This document shows positions 13,801 to 24,923 of a DNA stretch of 64,000 nt, in pieces. Source of the DNA: Oopsacas minuta (taxonomy: Eukaryota; Animalia; Porifera). A program made the translations under genes and the position numbers. The DNA is taken from positions 14,195-78,194 of the forward strand of contig JAKMXF010000327.1 of NCBI GenBank assembly GCA_024704765.1, read 5' to 3'. Under the pieces are notes generated by a model. The model made no database searches. It was not told the DNA's origin and worked only from the letters and a program-made list of their open reading frames with translations. The number at the start of each line of letters is the position of its first letter. Position 1 is the stretch's first letter.

Positions 13801-14433
13801 TTGCGAATTTGATATTGTAAGCAACATATGATAAATATTAGTTGTCATATGATCAATCATATTTCACACCTTTTGACTGATAATTCCAAATGATATTAGA
13901 GAATTCTTTTCAACGGCATTATGTTCTTATATCGGATAAAATTCAATGGAGTAAAATACAAATGATTCCGTAAATCAAGTTAAGATTCTTATATCCGGTG
14001 TCTCACACTGTATTTGGTTGCATAAAGTATACAATTTTCTAAATAGTCTTAGAAACCTGGATTCAACGGCTATTCTAGGGTAATCTAGTACGCTGATTCA
14101 GAATTTCGCACTTTCAATGTACTCATGTGAAATAATAGTTGGGGTTCTTACAAAAATTTCGAGGCACGAAGTGCCGAGTGTTCGCAAGCCGCAAAGCGCG
14201 AGCAAGTGAAGCGGCTTATTTAATAATATAGATTTAGTGAATACAGTAAAACCTACATTATATAATCGAATGGATTCCACCCTCACAATTGATTGGCAAT
14301 ATCAAAATTTATTTTCAAGAATAGTTTGAAGGAGTTCTGAGGTAGAATATAAATTATTACGTATATACTTACCTAAGTTGTAAAGTTTAACAGTTTCTGA
14401 AATACGAAGAGAATATTTTAGAGATTCTGCCAT
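7862..14433 (-). CDS. RNF213: RNF213 (mysterin)-like protein, N-terminal ~1470 aa, multi-exon, sequence breaks at N 7861
   Basis: ORF 7845-10271 resembles the pre-AAA region of RNF213 (LITSERQDEDYDDTVLTH, QLRTVNNNITLIRRWF, ILDTGVY, LRFLEQ). Phase-compatible exons are 14433-14373, 12992-12543, 12219-12011, 11671-10926, 10881-10592 and 10528-7862. The introns are GT-AG; the 44-nt one at 10925-10882 is tentative. Confidence 0.72.
12239..12339. mobile_element. Tc1/pogo-type MITE (101 bp) in an RNF213-like intron
   Basis: TA|CAGTAGAAC...GTTCTACTG|TA terminal inverted repeats with TA duplication. Confidence 0.85.
13048..13508 (-). mobile_element. Non-autonomous Helitron-like repeat (family with TGTTTGTCCGTTGTCAAGG 5' motif and GC hairpin 3' end)
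   Basis: Shares ccttgacaacg(g/a)acaaacagaca with other copies. GC-rich hairpin and ...GGCTCGTAAG|T end at the left. Confidence 0.7.
13559..13742. mobile_element. hAT-type MITE
   Basis: (T/C)AGGGGTTTAT...ATAAACCCCTG TIRs and an 8-bp TSD TATGCGTA/TGTGCGTA (1 mismatch). Confidence 0.8.
13780..14232 (-). mobile_element. Helitron-like repeat, variant or fragmented copy
   Basis: Internal gagtatgctga/ctgattcagaatt motifs shared with the family, a GC hairpin at 14160-14215, and the ttaataatatagat terminus. Confidence 0.55.
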
Positions 14434-14939
14434 GTAGGATAATATTTCCCAACATCAATAACCAATTATAATAACAGACTAAGGACTGAGGATAGTAACA
14501 TATACAATAATATATGTACAGGCCCTCAGGCAGGTATTGACTATTGCCTACTGGTTTTATTGTATTAATTAGCTATCAGTTTCAATATATCTTTCTTTTG
14601 TTCACAATTTAGTGTACGCATTCACTATGAGAAATTTACGTAATACGAAATTACTAGACTTATACTGCTGTATAGTCTGTATTGCTACAATAATACGAAG
14701 GGCATTAGGAAAGTTTTGTCGTTCGATATGTTCTAAGCATGTCACTAACTTCAAATTTGGTCACACATTAAATCACTCAATTCAACATTATACCGAAGTT
14801 TTCAAGAAGCTACGTAGAATTTTCTGCATTCGGTGACACTTTTCTCACGGGAGACTTTCGAGTCCGTTACAACACGCTGATTCTAACTCCTTATGACTAA
14901 AAAGGTATTCTTCTTTAGGTTTAGGGAACAATTCAGAAG

Positions 14940-15385
14940 CAGGGTTTCTTCCAGCATTTATATGTAGCGCGCCTATATGAATTCTCGATTTCACTTACGC
15001 GCCTAGACTATTTGAATTTTCGAAGCTTCAAACGTAAATTTTAACCAAACCATACTTCCATCACATCTAATACGTTAATTATACATTCCAGAGATGTTAT
15101 CTAGAATCTTTCACTATACAAATACGTGTATTGTGCATTAATAATGGACTGTTGACCTAACATTGTATATTTATCTTATTCATTGTCTCTCTTAGCAAAA
15201 TTACTTCAGTATTTATATTATGGCTGAGAAAACCAATAACGACCCGTTATGTAAACCATTACATTATTCGTCGAAATTAGGCGTATGCCCGCGCCTAACT
15301 CTCAAAATTTTCTTGCTCTTAACTATACGAATCTTTGAAAATACGCGCCTGTAGGCGCGCGTAGCGCTCCTGGATGATAGCCTGA
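14940..15385. mobile_element. CAGGG-terminated (hAT-like) MITE, degenerate
   Basis: CAGGGTTTCTTCCAG at the left and CTGGATGATAGCCTG at the right. The subterminal gcgcct-rich block is homologous to 18100-18190. Confidence 0.55.
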
Positions 15386-15769
15386 TTCTAGATCTGCTTT
15401 GACACTTTATCATGTAGCCGATCTTGTTCGAATTAGCCAACAAGGGCCTGAATTTCCGAAAATCTCTGATATTAATTGGCCTTTTAATTTGCAAGAACTT
15501 TTACCGAATTCTTATTTCGATGTATTCATTGACCAAGTATTCAAGCTTTGGCGCATGAACCCAAGACGATTATGAATAATCACAGTTTCTGCTATCTAGT
15601 AGTATTAGGACTCGACATACATATCGTGAATTATCAAGCTTCATCCCGTTAATTATACCTTTTTGAATTATTTTACAATATTAATGAATTCAACAACTGA
15701 ATTCATCTTATAAACTGTAATACAACTCACTATATAGGATTTTATACATTGACGTAATCCATCAAATTA

Positions 15770-18083
15770 CACTGCCCTGCGTCAAATTTGCTGATTATTA
15801 TCCATGGGTTGTTTTTAGTTAACTTGAGTATACTGATTCTCAATCTGTCATCAGAATTCCCCTATCACGTCTCGTTTTTACTCAAATGTCATTTTAATGT
15901 AAGTCGATTTTTTTAGTTACACTTCCCTAGAATAAATGATTATATTTGATACTTGTGTGAATTTTTGTCTTTTGAAATAAACAGATGCGTGCTTTATTGC
16001 ATTTTCTAATTAGTCCCTTTAACTCCATTCTTTTCTACATAATTTTTTTATTTTTATTTTGTTATATACAGCTTTATTGTACTATAGTCTACTATTTTGA
16101 TATTTTATTATCATATGGCTTATCGGAGAAGGTGCAGTAATGATCCAGACGTCTTTTGTTATATTTGTGGGAGTTTTATGACTTCTAAACAAACTACGGC
16201 AATAACAGGATTTGTTAAAAAAGCATATTTAGGATATTTTGGAATGAGAATAGGTGATCAAGACAAAACATGGGCTCCACATACAGTGTGCCGATCTTGT
16301 GTAGAAAATTTGAGACAATGGACAAAAGGAATCAGAAAGAGTTTAAGTTTTGGAATTCCAATGATATGGAGAGAGCCACAAAATCATATTAGCGATTGTT
16401 ACTTTTGTATGGCGAATATTTCCGGATTCAATGCTAAAACCAAGTCATTGATCAAGTATCCAAATTTACATTCAGCAATACGACCCGTTCCCCATTCTAT
16501 TGATGTACCTGTTCCAAAATTTACTAATTTGGGTGTTATCTCGGAAATTGATGATTGTGAAACTAGAGATTCATTAATTAGAGAAGATGAGGATTTTATT
16601 CCGTGTGTATTATCTCGTTCTAATTCTCCACAGTTATTTAATCAGTCTGAATTAAATGATTTGGTACGTGATTTAGATTTACCTAAAGAATCTGCGGAGT
16701 TGTTAGGTTCTAGGCTAAAAGAAAAAAACTTGCTTCTCCCAGAAACAAAATTTTACTCATATAGGAACAGAGAGATCGAATTTTTGAAATATTTCATAAT
16801 GGAAGACGGATTTGTGTTTTGTCATGTTTCACCGCTAGTTAATGCTCTTGGATGTCCGTATGTACCTAATGATTGGAGACTCTTTATTGATAGTTCAAAA
16901 CAAAGTTTGAAATGTGTTCTACTTCATAATGGCAACAAATTTAGTTCCATACCAATTGGACATTCAGTAAGTTTAAAGGAACGATATGATAACATGAAAA
17001 TTGTGCTTCATAAAATTAATTATAACCAGCACAATTGGGTAATCTGTGGTGACTTAAAAATCATATGCATTCTTTTGGGACAGCAATCAGGATATACAAA
17101 ATACCCTTGTTTTTTATGCTTATGGGACAGTCGTGCAAAGAGCGAACACTATTCTAGACAGAGCTGGCCAGCTAGAACCAATCTTAATGTTGGAGATAAG
17201 AACATTATTCACGAGCCTCTAGTGGATCCTCTCAAGATTTTGCTTCCACCACTTCATATAAAATTAGGATTGATGAAACAGTTTGTAAGGGCATTAGATA
17301 AAGAAGGAAATTGTTTCAAATATATTACCGAGAAATTTTACTACCTAAGTGATGAAAAAAGAAAAGCCGGTATATTCGACGGTCCTCAGATAAGACAACT
17401 TGTTCGAGATGATAATTTTTCAAATTCTATGATATGCAAAGAAAAATGTGCATGGAATGCATTTGTAGATGTCATGAAAAACTTCTTGGGAAATACGAAA
17501 TCTCCTAATTATAAAATACTTGTGAATGAGTTGATTGAATCTTACAAGAATCTCGGCTGCAATATGAGTGTAAAAGTTCACTTTCTTCACAGTCATATTG
17601 ACTATTTTCCAGAGAATCTTGGAGCTGTTTCCGAGGAGCAAGGTGAACGATTCCACCAAGACATAAAAACAATGGAAACACGATATCAGGGGAGGTGGGA
17701 CGTTCATATGATGGCTGATTACTGCTGGTGCCTCAAGAGAGATTGTATTGATGTTATTCATGCTAGAATGTCAAAAAAACGGAAATTTACTCCTGATTCA
17801 GACTAATATATTCAAATTATTTATTAACTAAGATTATATTATCAATAAAAATTTTATTGTAATTCTTAGTAAAAATTTATAAATGGCAGATTTTCACTAT
17901 TTTACTTGTGAGGTATCATGCATTCATCGATAAATATACCAGTATTTAAAAATAATTTTGCAAAAAAACTAGACGTGATACGTATATTTTACAAAATTAT
18001 TCAAAATCAGTATTAAAATGTGGATTAGAAAATGTTTTGCAATAACAATCAGCAAATAAAATTTTTTTTTCCGCAGGGCTGTG
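15770..18083 (+). mobile_element. Full-length Chapaev3-type (CMC superfamily) DNA transposon
   Basis: TTA|CACTGCCCTGCG...CGCAGGGCTGTG|TTA: CAC termini, imperfect TIRs (also atttgctgatt(a/g)ttat), a 3-bp TWA TSD, and an intact transposase ORF inside. Confidence 0.88.
16115..17806 (+). CDS. Chapaev3-type DDE transposase (563 aa from the first ATG)
   Basis: N-terminal Cys/His domain (FCYICG, WAPHTVCRSC, WREPQNHISDCYFC). Catalytic-type motifs LFIDSS, ICGDLK, CFLCLWDSR, LHIKLG and EEQGERFHQ. No stops. Confidence 0.9.
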   Translation: MAYRRRCSNDPDVFCYICGSFMTSKQTTAITGFVKKAYLGYFGMRIGDQDKTWAPHTVCRSCVENLRQWTKGIRKSLSFGIPMIWREPQNHISDCYFCMANISGFNAKTKSLIKYPNLHSAIRPVPHSIDVPVPKFTNLGVISEIDDCETRDSLIREDEDFIPCVLSRSNSPQLFNQSELNDLVRDLDLPKESAELLGSRLKEKNLLLPETKFYSYRNREIEFLKYFIMEDGFVFCHVSPLVNALGCPYVPNDWRLFIDSSKQSLKCVLLHNGNKFSSIPIGHSVSLKERYDNMKIVLHKINYNQHNWVICGDLKIICILLGQQSGYTKYPCFLCLWDSRAKSEHYSRQSWPARTNLNVGDKNIIHEPLVDPLKILLPPLHIKLGLMKQFVRALDKEGNCFKYITEKFYYLSDEKRKAGIFDGPQIRQLVRDDNFSNSMICKEKCAWNAFVDVMKNFLGNTKSPNYKILVNELIESYKNLGCNMSVKVHFLHSHIDYFPENLGAVSEEQGERFHQDIKTMETRYQGRWDVHMMADYCWCLKRDCIDVIHARMSKKRKFTPDSD

Positions 18084-18596
18084 TTATTTGTCGATACTAA
18101 CCTAGGTGCGTGTCATGCGCCTAGCTGTTAAAATTTTCACGCGCTTAACTATAATATCTTTTTAAAATACGCGCCTGGAGAAACCCTGGGTCAGAAGTCA
18201 CGGGGGGATAAGTCAAGAGAATATGACAGATGTGGTTGATAGGATACCCAAATCGCTTGAATATGCTACATAATAATTGCGGCCTTGTATTCAGGTGTAT
18301 TATCATTTTGTAATTCATAACTTTGAGCTTGGCTTTGGAATGCCTCTGCTTTATCTTTTCGAATATAGTCTTCAAACAAACTTCTTTATACCACTTAGCA
18401 ATGACTGCAAGACCCATTTTAAGTACATGACATGCATCGTACTACCAATTGTATGGGGGCCTATACTTACACTGGTAGCTGGCCATCTTGAAGTACCCAA
18501 ACCTTGGCTTATTCTTCTGGAAGAAGATCATGATGGTTTATCCAGGTTTAACCCCAGTACCCATGTTATAACTTCACTTACCATAATCTGAATTTA

Positions 18597-19633
18597 CTTG
18601 TGGTCATTCAAAAAGTTCCCATCCTTAGTTTATAGCAGCAAAACTCTACTCGATTACATGAGATGCATAGTATCCTATCGATTACCTATTTAATGCTGTT
18701 GAGGAAGTCACTCCACCTATTATATATCTTGATCCATCCTACTTTCAATTTTACCTATTTTCGAGAGTCAATTTTTTCATGGCTTCAAAACACATATCAA
18801 GCAAAACCGAACAACGTGCTTACATAAAGATTCGTACCATACTGGGCGACAAACCACTCCAGATACATGAGGATCTCGTCAACGTTTAGAAGCTCTAGCG
18901 TATCCCACTGTAAAGGAATGGGCACGTAAATTAAAGGCTGGTAGGGGCAGCATTGAAGATGCCCCTCGGATCGGAAGACCAATTTCGTTACCACCCCTGA
19001 AATTGCCTCTGAAATTCTGGAACTATTGGATATTGACCGCCATTTGAGCATTGAAGAGATTGCCCTATTCCTGGACATCTCATCGGGAAGTGTTCATACA
19101 ATTCTCTCGAATATCGAAAGATTTCAAGTGGCTCAAATACCTGTGCCTAAAGGAGAACGAATCAATGGAGAATTTATGCAGATAAATGTCTGAGAGAAGT
19201 CGAGAAAGTCTATAAAACACGACGTCCGCGTACAGGAACTCGAGGAATCAAACTTCTCCACGATAATGCCAGACCTCATGTTTCAAAATACGTTAGGGAA
19301 GTCATTGAGGATATCGGGTTTTAAACGATTGAACATCCTCCATATTCCCCAGATTTATCACCTTATGATTTCTGGCTATTTCCTGAACTGAAAAAACATC
19401 TCGGAGGACGGCTATTTCATACCCGACAGGAGCTAGGAAACGGAATTTATCACTAACTCAATTCAGTGGACAGAGACGAGTATAAAAAAACATTTTCGAA
19501 GTGGGTTGAAAGGCTACAACTATGCATAGATGTAGAGGGGAGTATTTCGAACATTTTATGTAGAAATTTGATTAGTAAGATGTTGTAGTGTCAAGATATT
19601 AAACAAAGATGGGAACTTTTTGAATGCCCTAAC
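18597..19633 (+). mobile_element. Mariner (DD34D) transposon, internally deleted, dead transposase
   Basis: TA-flanked TIRs sharing cattcaaaaagttcccatc. Translation gives EQRAYIKIR, TVKEWARK, EDAPRIGRP, HDNARPH, HPPYSPDLSPYDFWLFPELK and KWVERLQLCI with stops and frameshifts. Confidence 0.92.
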
Positions 19634-20516
19634 TACATTTATCAAGCATTGAATCACAAAGTTCCACACCTGCCTCATTCGAGGTTCAAGTAAAATTTTG
19701 TGTTATCCAGCGACAATATAGCTTCCTATCAAAGGAAGTTCGTGAATGATGGTAATAATCACTGGGGCAACCTTTGCTTCAGTGCCTCTCTGCTAGTTTG
19801 CATGCTTTTTGATAACTTCTTAACATTTCTGAATCAGTTGGTTGGATATTTTCCAGTGGTACTTTTGTGACCGAATAGCCATTAGGCCCTCTTTCAATGA
19901 GTTTCCTTCTATTGTAAACTATCGATAATGTCTATATCGTTCGTAGAGATCCATTATCATCCCCTAAACGCGACGTCATTTCAAATAATCGGTTTGTAGT
20001 TCATACCTCAAGTCTGACGAGACTGTTACTGTTATTTGTGATTTATTGAGCGTTGCCATAGTTACCACGAAATATGTCAAGCAGAAATAGGAAAAGTGTC
20101 GGCAAATACATATTATTGCAGCTTGCTTCTTGAAATTTTCGTTATAATGTTGAATTGAGTTGATTTAATTTGTGAGCAAATTTGAAGTTAGCGACATGCA
20201 TATCGAACGACTAAACTTTCTTAGTGCCCTTCGTATAAAAGTAAATGAAAAGAGGCCTATGTTACAGCTTAGTTTGCAAAGTTTTCTCTATTTCTTGTTA
20301 TCAAACTCTGGCTAACATTTCCTTTCCTGTATAGATGCCATATCTTCCCCCTTTGTAGAAATGTTAGAAGTAAAATATATATTGATGAAAGACTACTCTA
20401 CATACATACCATATGAAAAATATGCTTCACGTAAACTTGACCAATTACTAGCTAGTATGAATATTTCAAAACACTATTATAAATGACTTTTCTAACCAGC
20501 AACCTAAGATGATATC

Positions 20517-20690
20517 AGGGAATTATCTAGGAGTGCTGGACGCTCCTCTAGGCGTACGAAATTATATTTAGGAGCGTAAAAATGAGGATCTTTCCCTTAC
20601 CATAACAATAATTTAATGATTCGGATGAATTAATTTTGAGAGGAGGAGTGCTAGGAGCGTGCTCGGTATAACCTGTATCACTCTGTAGTT
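20517..20690 (+). mobile_element. CAGGG-type MITE fragment (homologous, in inverted orientation, to 22455-22640)
   Basis: ggaattatctag..gagcg, gaggatctttccc and ggagcgtgctc..ata..ctgtatcactct blocks are shared, about 70% identical by eye. Confidence 0.6.
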
Positions 20691-20816
20691 GATATATGGA
20701 ATATTTAGCAATATAGCCTGCTAGATACCCTCGAGCAACCTGTTTGTTGATATTAATCGCGAGGTTGATAGTTACGGTGTTTCCCATACCAGAATACATC
20801 CTTGATTGATAACATG

Positions 20817-21205
20817 ACTTGTATTAGACAACGTTTCTAAGCAATCGGGTTGTCCGCTGAGAATACATAACTCAGATGGCAACCCGATCACTTTGAAACA
20901 ACTGTTCATCTTCCAAAAGTAATGCACTCTCATCTCTAAGTGGTCAGGTTGACCCATGAGGATCTCACAGTACTCAGACGGCAACCCGATCACTTTGAGT
21001 TGAGAGTGCGTTGATAATATTAACTTAGAAATTATCTAACTTTCTCTCTTTTATACTTACAATAATTTGAAATGTGAAACCTAATTGTGTAATTATGACA
21101 ACCATTATTCTTACATAGAAATCTAAGTTATCTAACCACTTAATATATTAATTCAGCATACTAATTGGGGATTTGGTTGCTATCGTATGAATTCGTATCA
21201 TAATA
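20817..21205 (+). repeat. Left arm of a long inverted repeat (partner 23254-23644)
   Basis: About 385 bp, roughly 90-95% identical to the reverse complement of 23254-23644. Internal direct repeat ctcaga(t/c)ggcaacccgatcactttga occurs twice. Confidence 0.92.
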
Positions 21206-21499
21206 CGAGTACATTTCATATAGCATTCATGTTACTAAGGAATATAGCCTAAAAGAAAGGTAAATCTATACTATTAGAACGCAACTAATCAGATATCTGT
21301 CAGGGTCGGACTAGGCATAATGCCATTAATAGCTAGAGCGGGGAGTTTGGCTGCTTAAAGACTAAACTTCAATCACTTATCCATATATCATTATTAGTTA
21401 TCTTGAAACGAATAGCATTACGTAATAATAACAAAAATAATGAATAGTAAAATTCAATCCTGATTACTTAAATACAAATCTCATGTAAATCTGAAAGAA

Positions 21500-21687
21500 T
21501 AAAAAGGAGCGCGGTTGGAGCGGGAGCCGGAGTAGTGCGGTCCTTATCTCAGTAAGGAGCGGCGGTGGGAGCGCGCGTTATTGAATAGTCTTGCGACAAG
21601 TCAGTATTCGAATTCAATATCGCATTCTATAAATCCTTCCTTGACAACGAACAAACAGACAACAATAGTAATTTGTATTATATAGAT
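21500..21687 (-). mobile_element. Helitron-like repeat, 5' fragment
   Basis: aaatccttccttgacaacgaacaaacagacaac...tattatatagat terminus of the family. Confidence 0.7.
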
Positions 21688-22865
21688 TAATTGTAGGGTA
21701 ATTGAATAAAGAGCAATTTGTAGGTACATACATAATGCGTATATTACATCAAATTATTAGATTGTGTGTAAGTGTTCATTTATATTAAACGATGATATTA
21801 TATGAAATTTTTATACATATAATATCATCGTTCCTCGATTTACCATTGAATACAGATCCACGAGGGCTACTGGTACTATAACTCCCTAGTTTTAAAGGTG
21901 TCCTTGTACTATGCTGTATTGCTGACCATAATTAATATTTACCGATAGTTTGGCCATCTCTTCTCGAGGGTACCAAAGTGGGCTCCACATGACCCATAAA
22001 AGGAACCCGAGCAGGAATCCCGCATCGAATGTCTGGCCAGCACGCCCCTGGTTCTCTCAGATAGGTCACAATAAGTGTAGTGATCTATCAGATTTATGTA
22101 AACTTTACACTGGTTTTGTAAGCTAATGGTTGAATTATCTACGTCTAGTGATGAAAGGATGACATACAAATTACGTAGTGGTTGTATAACTTTATTCATT
22201 CGTAATACTAACTGAGACAGTCAATGAATGGGTTTATTACAGACATTGACAGGAGTGAGTAATGTATAGCCCGTAGTGATGACTTCTTGGACGGTCGTAA
22301 TAAGAATTTTAGAGAGTAAATAATAGTGAGCATACCTATAGTAAGGGAACGAGATCTCATACTAATTTAGAAATGTGGGTTACTAGTAGTTGTTACCAAT
22401 TGATAGTCCATATCCAACATCAACCTCTGTTAATAGCTTCTAAAACATATACTCACAGGGCAGAGAGTGATACAGCTTATTCGGAGCACGCTCCTGGCGT
22501 TCCTACTCTCAAATTTTCATAACCCTAAATCAGTAAATTAGGTTACGGTAGAGGGAAAAGATCCTCAATATAAGGCTAATAAATACAATTTCATCAAAAA
22601 TCATAAGAGAAGCGTCCGACGCTTCTAGATAATTCCTTGCTACCGGGTATATCCCGTATCCAACAAATAGGAGGGCTGAGCCCGCTACCTTGTATATTTA
22701 TAATCACTGGAACTATGGAAGGTGTGGAAACCACTTTTCAGAAACTACCAATACATTGATTGTAATACATAATATATAAAGTTAAGTTTAACAGGAAATC
22801 GATCTCATTGTGAAATAATTAGTCAATTTAACATTCTTTTTTTTGATATTATTTGTTTTTAACTA

Positions 22866-23181
22866 CTACGAGCCATTGGCTCGTCGCATTGCGCCTCGAG
22901 TTATCCATAAGTATCTACGTAAATTTTGAGATTTGGCTAATTTGTTTACTTTATATTCATAAAAACAATAAATTTACACATGATTAGCCCAAAGGTGTGA
23001 AAATCGGATTCAGCATGTTCCATATATTTAGTGAAGTTTTATTGAATTCTATTTCCTTGATAAACACGATAAATCCATAGTTATGCGATAATTTCAAATT
23101 GCATACCGTAAATCCTTTCCTTGACAACGGACAAACAAACAAACAAACAAACAGACAACAATTGAGATTTAATAATATAGA
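22866..23181 (-). mobile_element. Non-autonomous Helitron-like element, compact complete copy
   Basis: On the minus strand A|TCTATATTATTAAATC...(TGTT)n...GC hairpin...GGCTCGTAG|T, inserted at an A|T site. Confidence 0.8.
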
Positions 23182-23253
23182 TTTACAGCCCTTCCCATAA
23201 AGCTATTATTCATAATATAATAGAAGTAAAATATAATTTTCCTTGATTTGTAA

Positions 23254-23644
23254 TATTATGGCACGAATTCATACGATAGCAACTAAATCACCAATTGGTA
23301 TGCTGAATTAATATATTAAGTGGTCGGTATATAACTCAGATTTCTATGTAAGAATAATGGTTGTCATAATTACACAATTAGGTTTCACATTTCAGATTAT
23401 TGTAAGTATAAAAGAGAGAAAGTTAGATAATTTCTAAGTTAATATTATCAACGCACTCTCAACTCAAAGTGATCGGGTTGCCGTCTGAGTACTGTGAGAT
23501 CCTCATGGGTCAACCTGACCACTTAGAGATGAGAGTGTATTACTTTTTGAAGATGAACAGTTGTTTCAAAGTGATCGGGTTGCCATCTGAGTTATGTATT
23601 CTCAGCGGACAACTCGATCGCTTAGAAACGTGTAAAATACAAGT
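23254..23644 (-). repeat. Right arm of a long inverted repeat (partner 20817-21205)
   Basis: Reverse-complement match. It explains the near-identical ORFs 20772-20993(-) and 23469-23687(+). Confidence 0.92.
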
Positions 23645-24923
23645 AGTAGTATTATACAAAAAATATAATAATTTGGGTGTATTATAACGAAGTATTTTAG
23701 TCGGACATTTTGCCCCATAAAACATAAATCAAACTGAAGGTATAGTATCAGATATTCGTTGGGTAGCGAGAACTTTCTCATTTTTGTGTAGTTTAGTTAA
23801 GAATTTTAGAATTTGATTGTGTAATATTGCTCATGGGTGTTGCCCGGATATCTGATCCGTTCTGGTTGTTAGTTTGGATATTTGCAAACGATTTCTCGTT
23901 GATGAGTAGGATATTTTTCGGGATTAGTTAATATATTGCCTCAAGTTGTTGAATTTTGATTTTTTTTCTCACTATTTTGTACAGATGCAGGCGCCAATAC
24001 GAAAAACACTAGTTTGGAGAGTATGATTAAATAAGGTAATTCTTTGACACTTTATATATCCTGTGAATTTTCCGAGGGTGAAAGGTCCGGGAGGAAGTGC
24101 CTGCCATTCTTACGTAGTTGTAATACAATAATATGCATTATAAAACCTCTGGGAGCCAGTCAACTCGTCCCTATTTTTGGGAACTAATCGTCTTTAATTT
24201 TGGTCAACTTGTACATATTTTACACCCACTCGATGTTGTCTTAGAGTATTTCCTATTGCTAGTGGACCCAGATTTTTTCTTGTACTAGTCATACACGCGC
24301 TTCCAGCTGTTGATCACAGGATTTTACGCCCCTAGATGTTGAGTTGACTAGGGGCGAGTTGATGTATGGTACGAGTTGACTGACAACCAAACCTCTATGC
24401 ATAATACGAAAGAATAAAGTAACAAATAGAGAGAATTTACAATCATTAAATATGGTAGTGTACCAATCAGTCAAAAAGTTAAACACGCTATCTTTAAATT
24501 TGTAAAGGCCCTGCTCCTCCCGCTCCCATAGGACTACACCCCTGGCCACGATCATATTCAGAATACCCAAAAGAACTTACCTCTGAATAGTTGTTGTTCT
24601 ATCAATTATTTACAATAACTTGTTGAGCTTAGGTCACATAATACAGCATGTAATCTAGCTTTAACTAATCAGAGATATTAATTACTGTAATGTCTATTTC
24701 CCATGATAGAAGGGGAACTATAGCGGTATAGCCTATAGGACATACTACTATGTTAATTAATAAGATAAAACTAGAAAGCTATTTAATTAATAAACAATTA
24801 TGAACCTAAACATACAATTAATTAAGATCGTCCAAGTGTATGTTAGAATATTCAGAAGATAAACAAGTTACAAACACACAACAATTATATTGACAAGTTC
24901 TAAAGTCATACAAACTGCTGTAT

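Noticed and set aside
20772-23725. Duplicate ORFs 20772-20993/23469-23687 as a paralogous gene pair
   Set aside because: They are by-products of the inverted repeat, with non-ATG starts and no domain similarity.
23985-24036. Plus-strand exon-like segment (ttttgtacag|ATGCAGG...AATAAG|gtaatt)
   Set aside because: The ATG frame stops after 14 codons and no partner exons or protein similarity were found.
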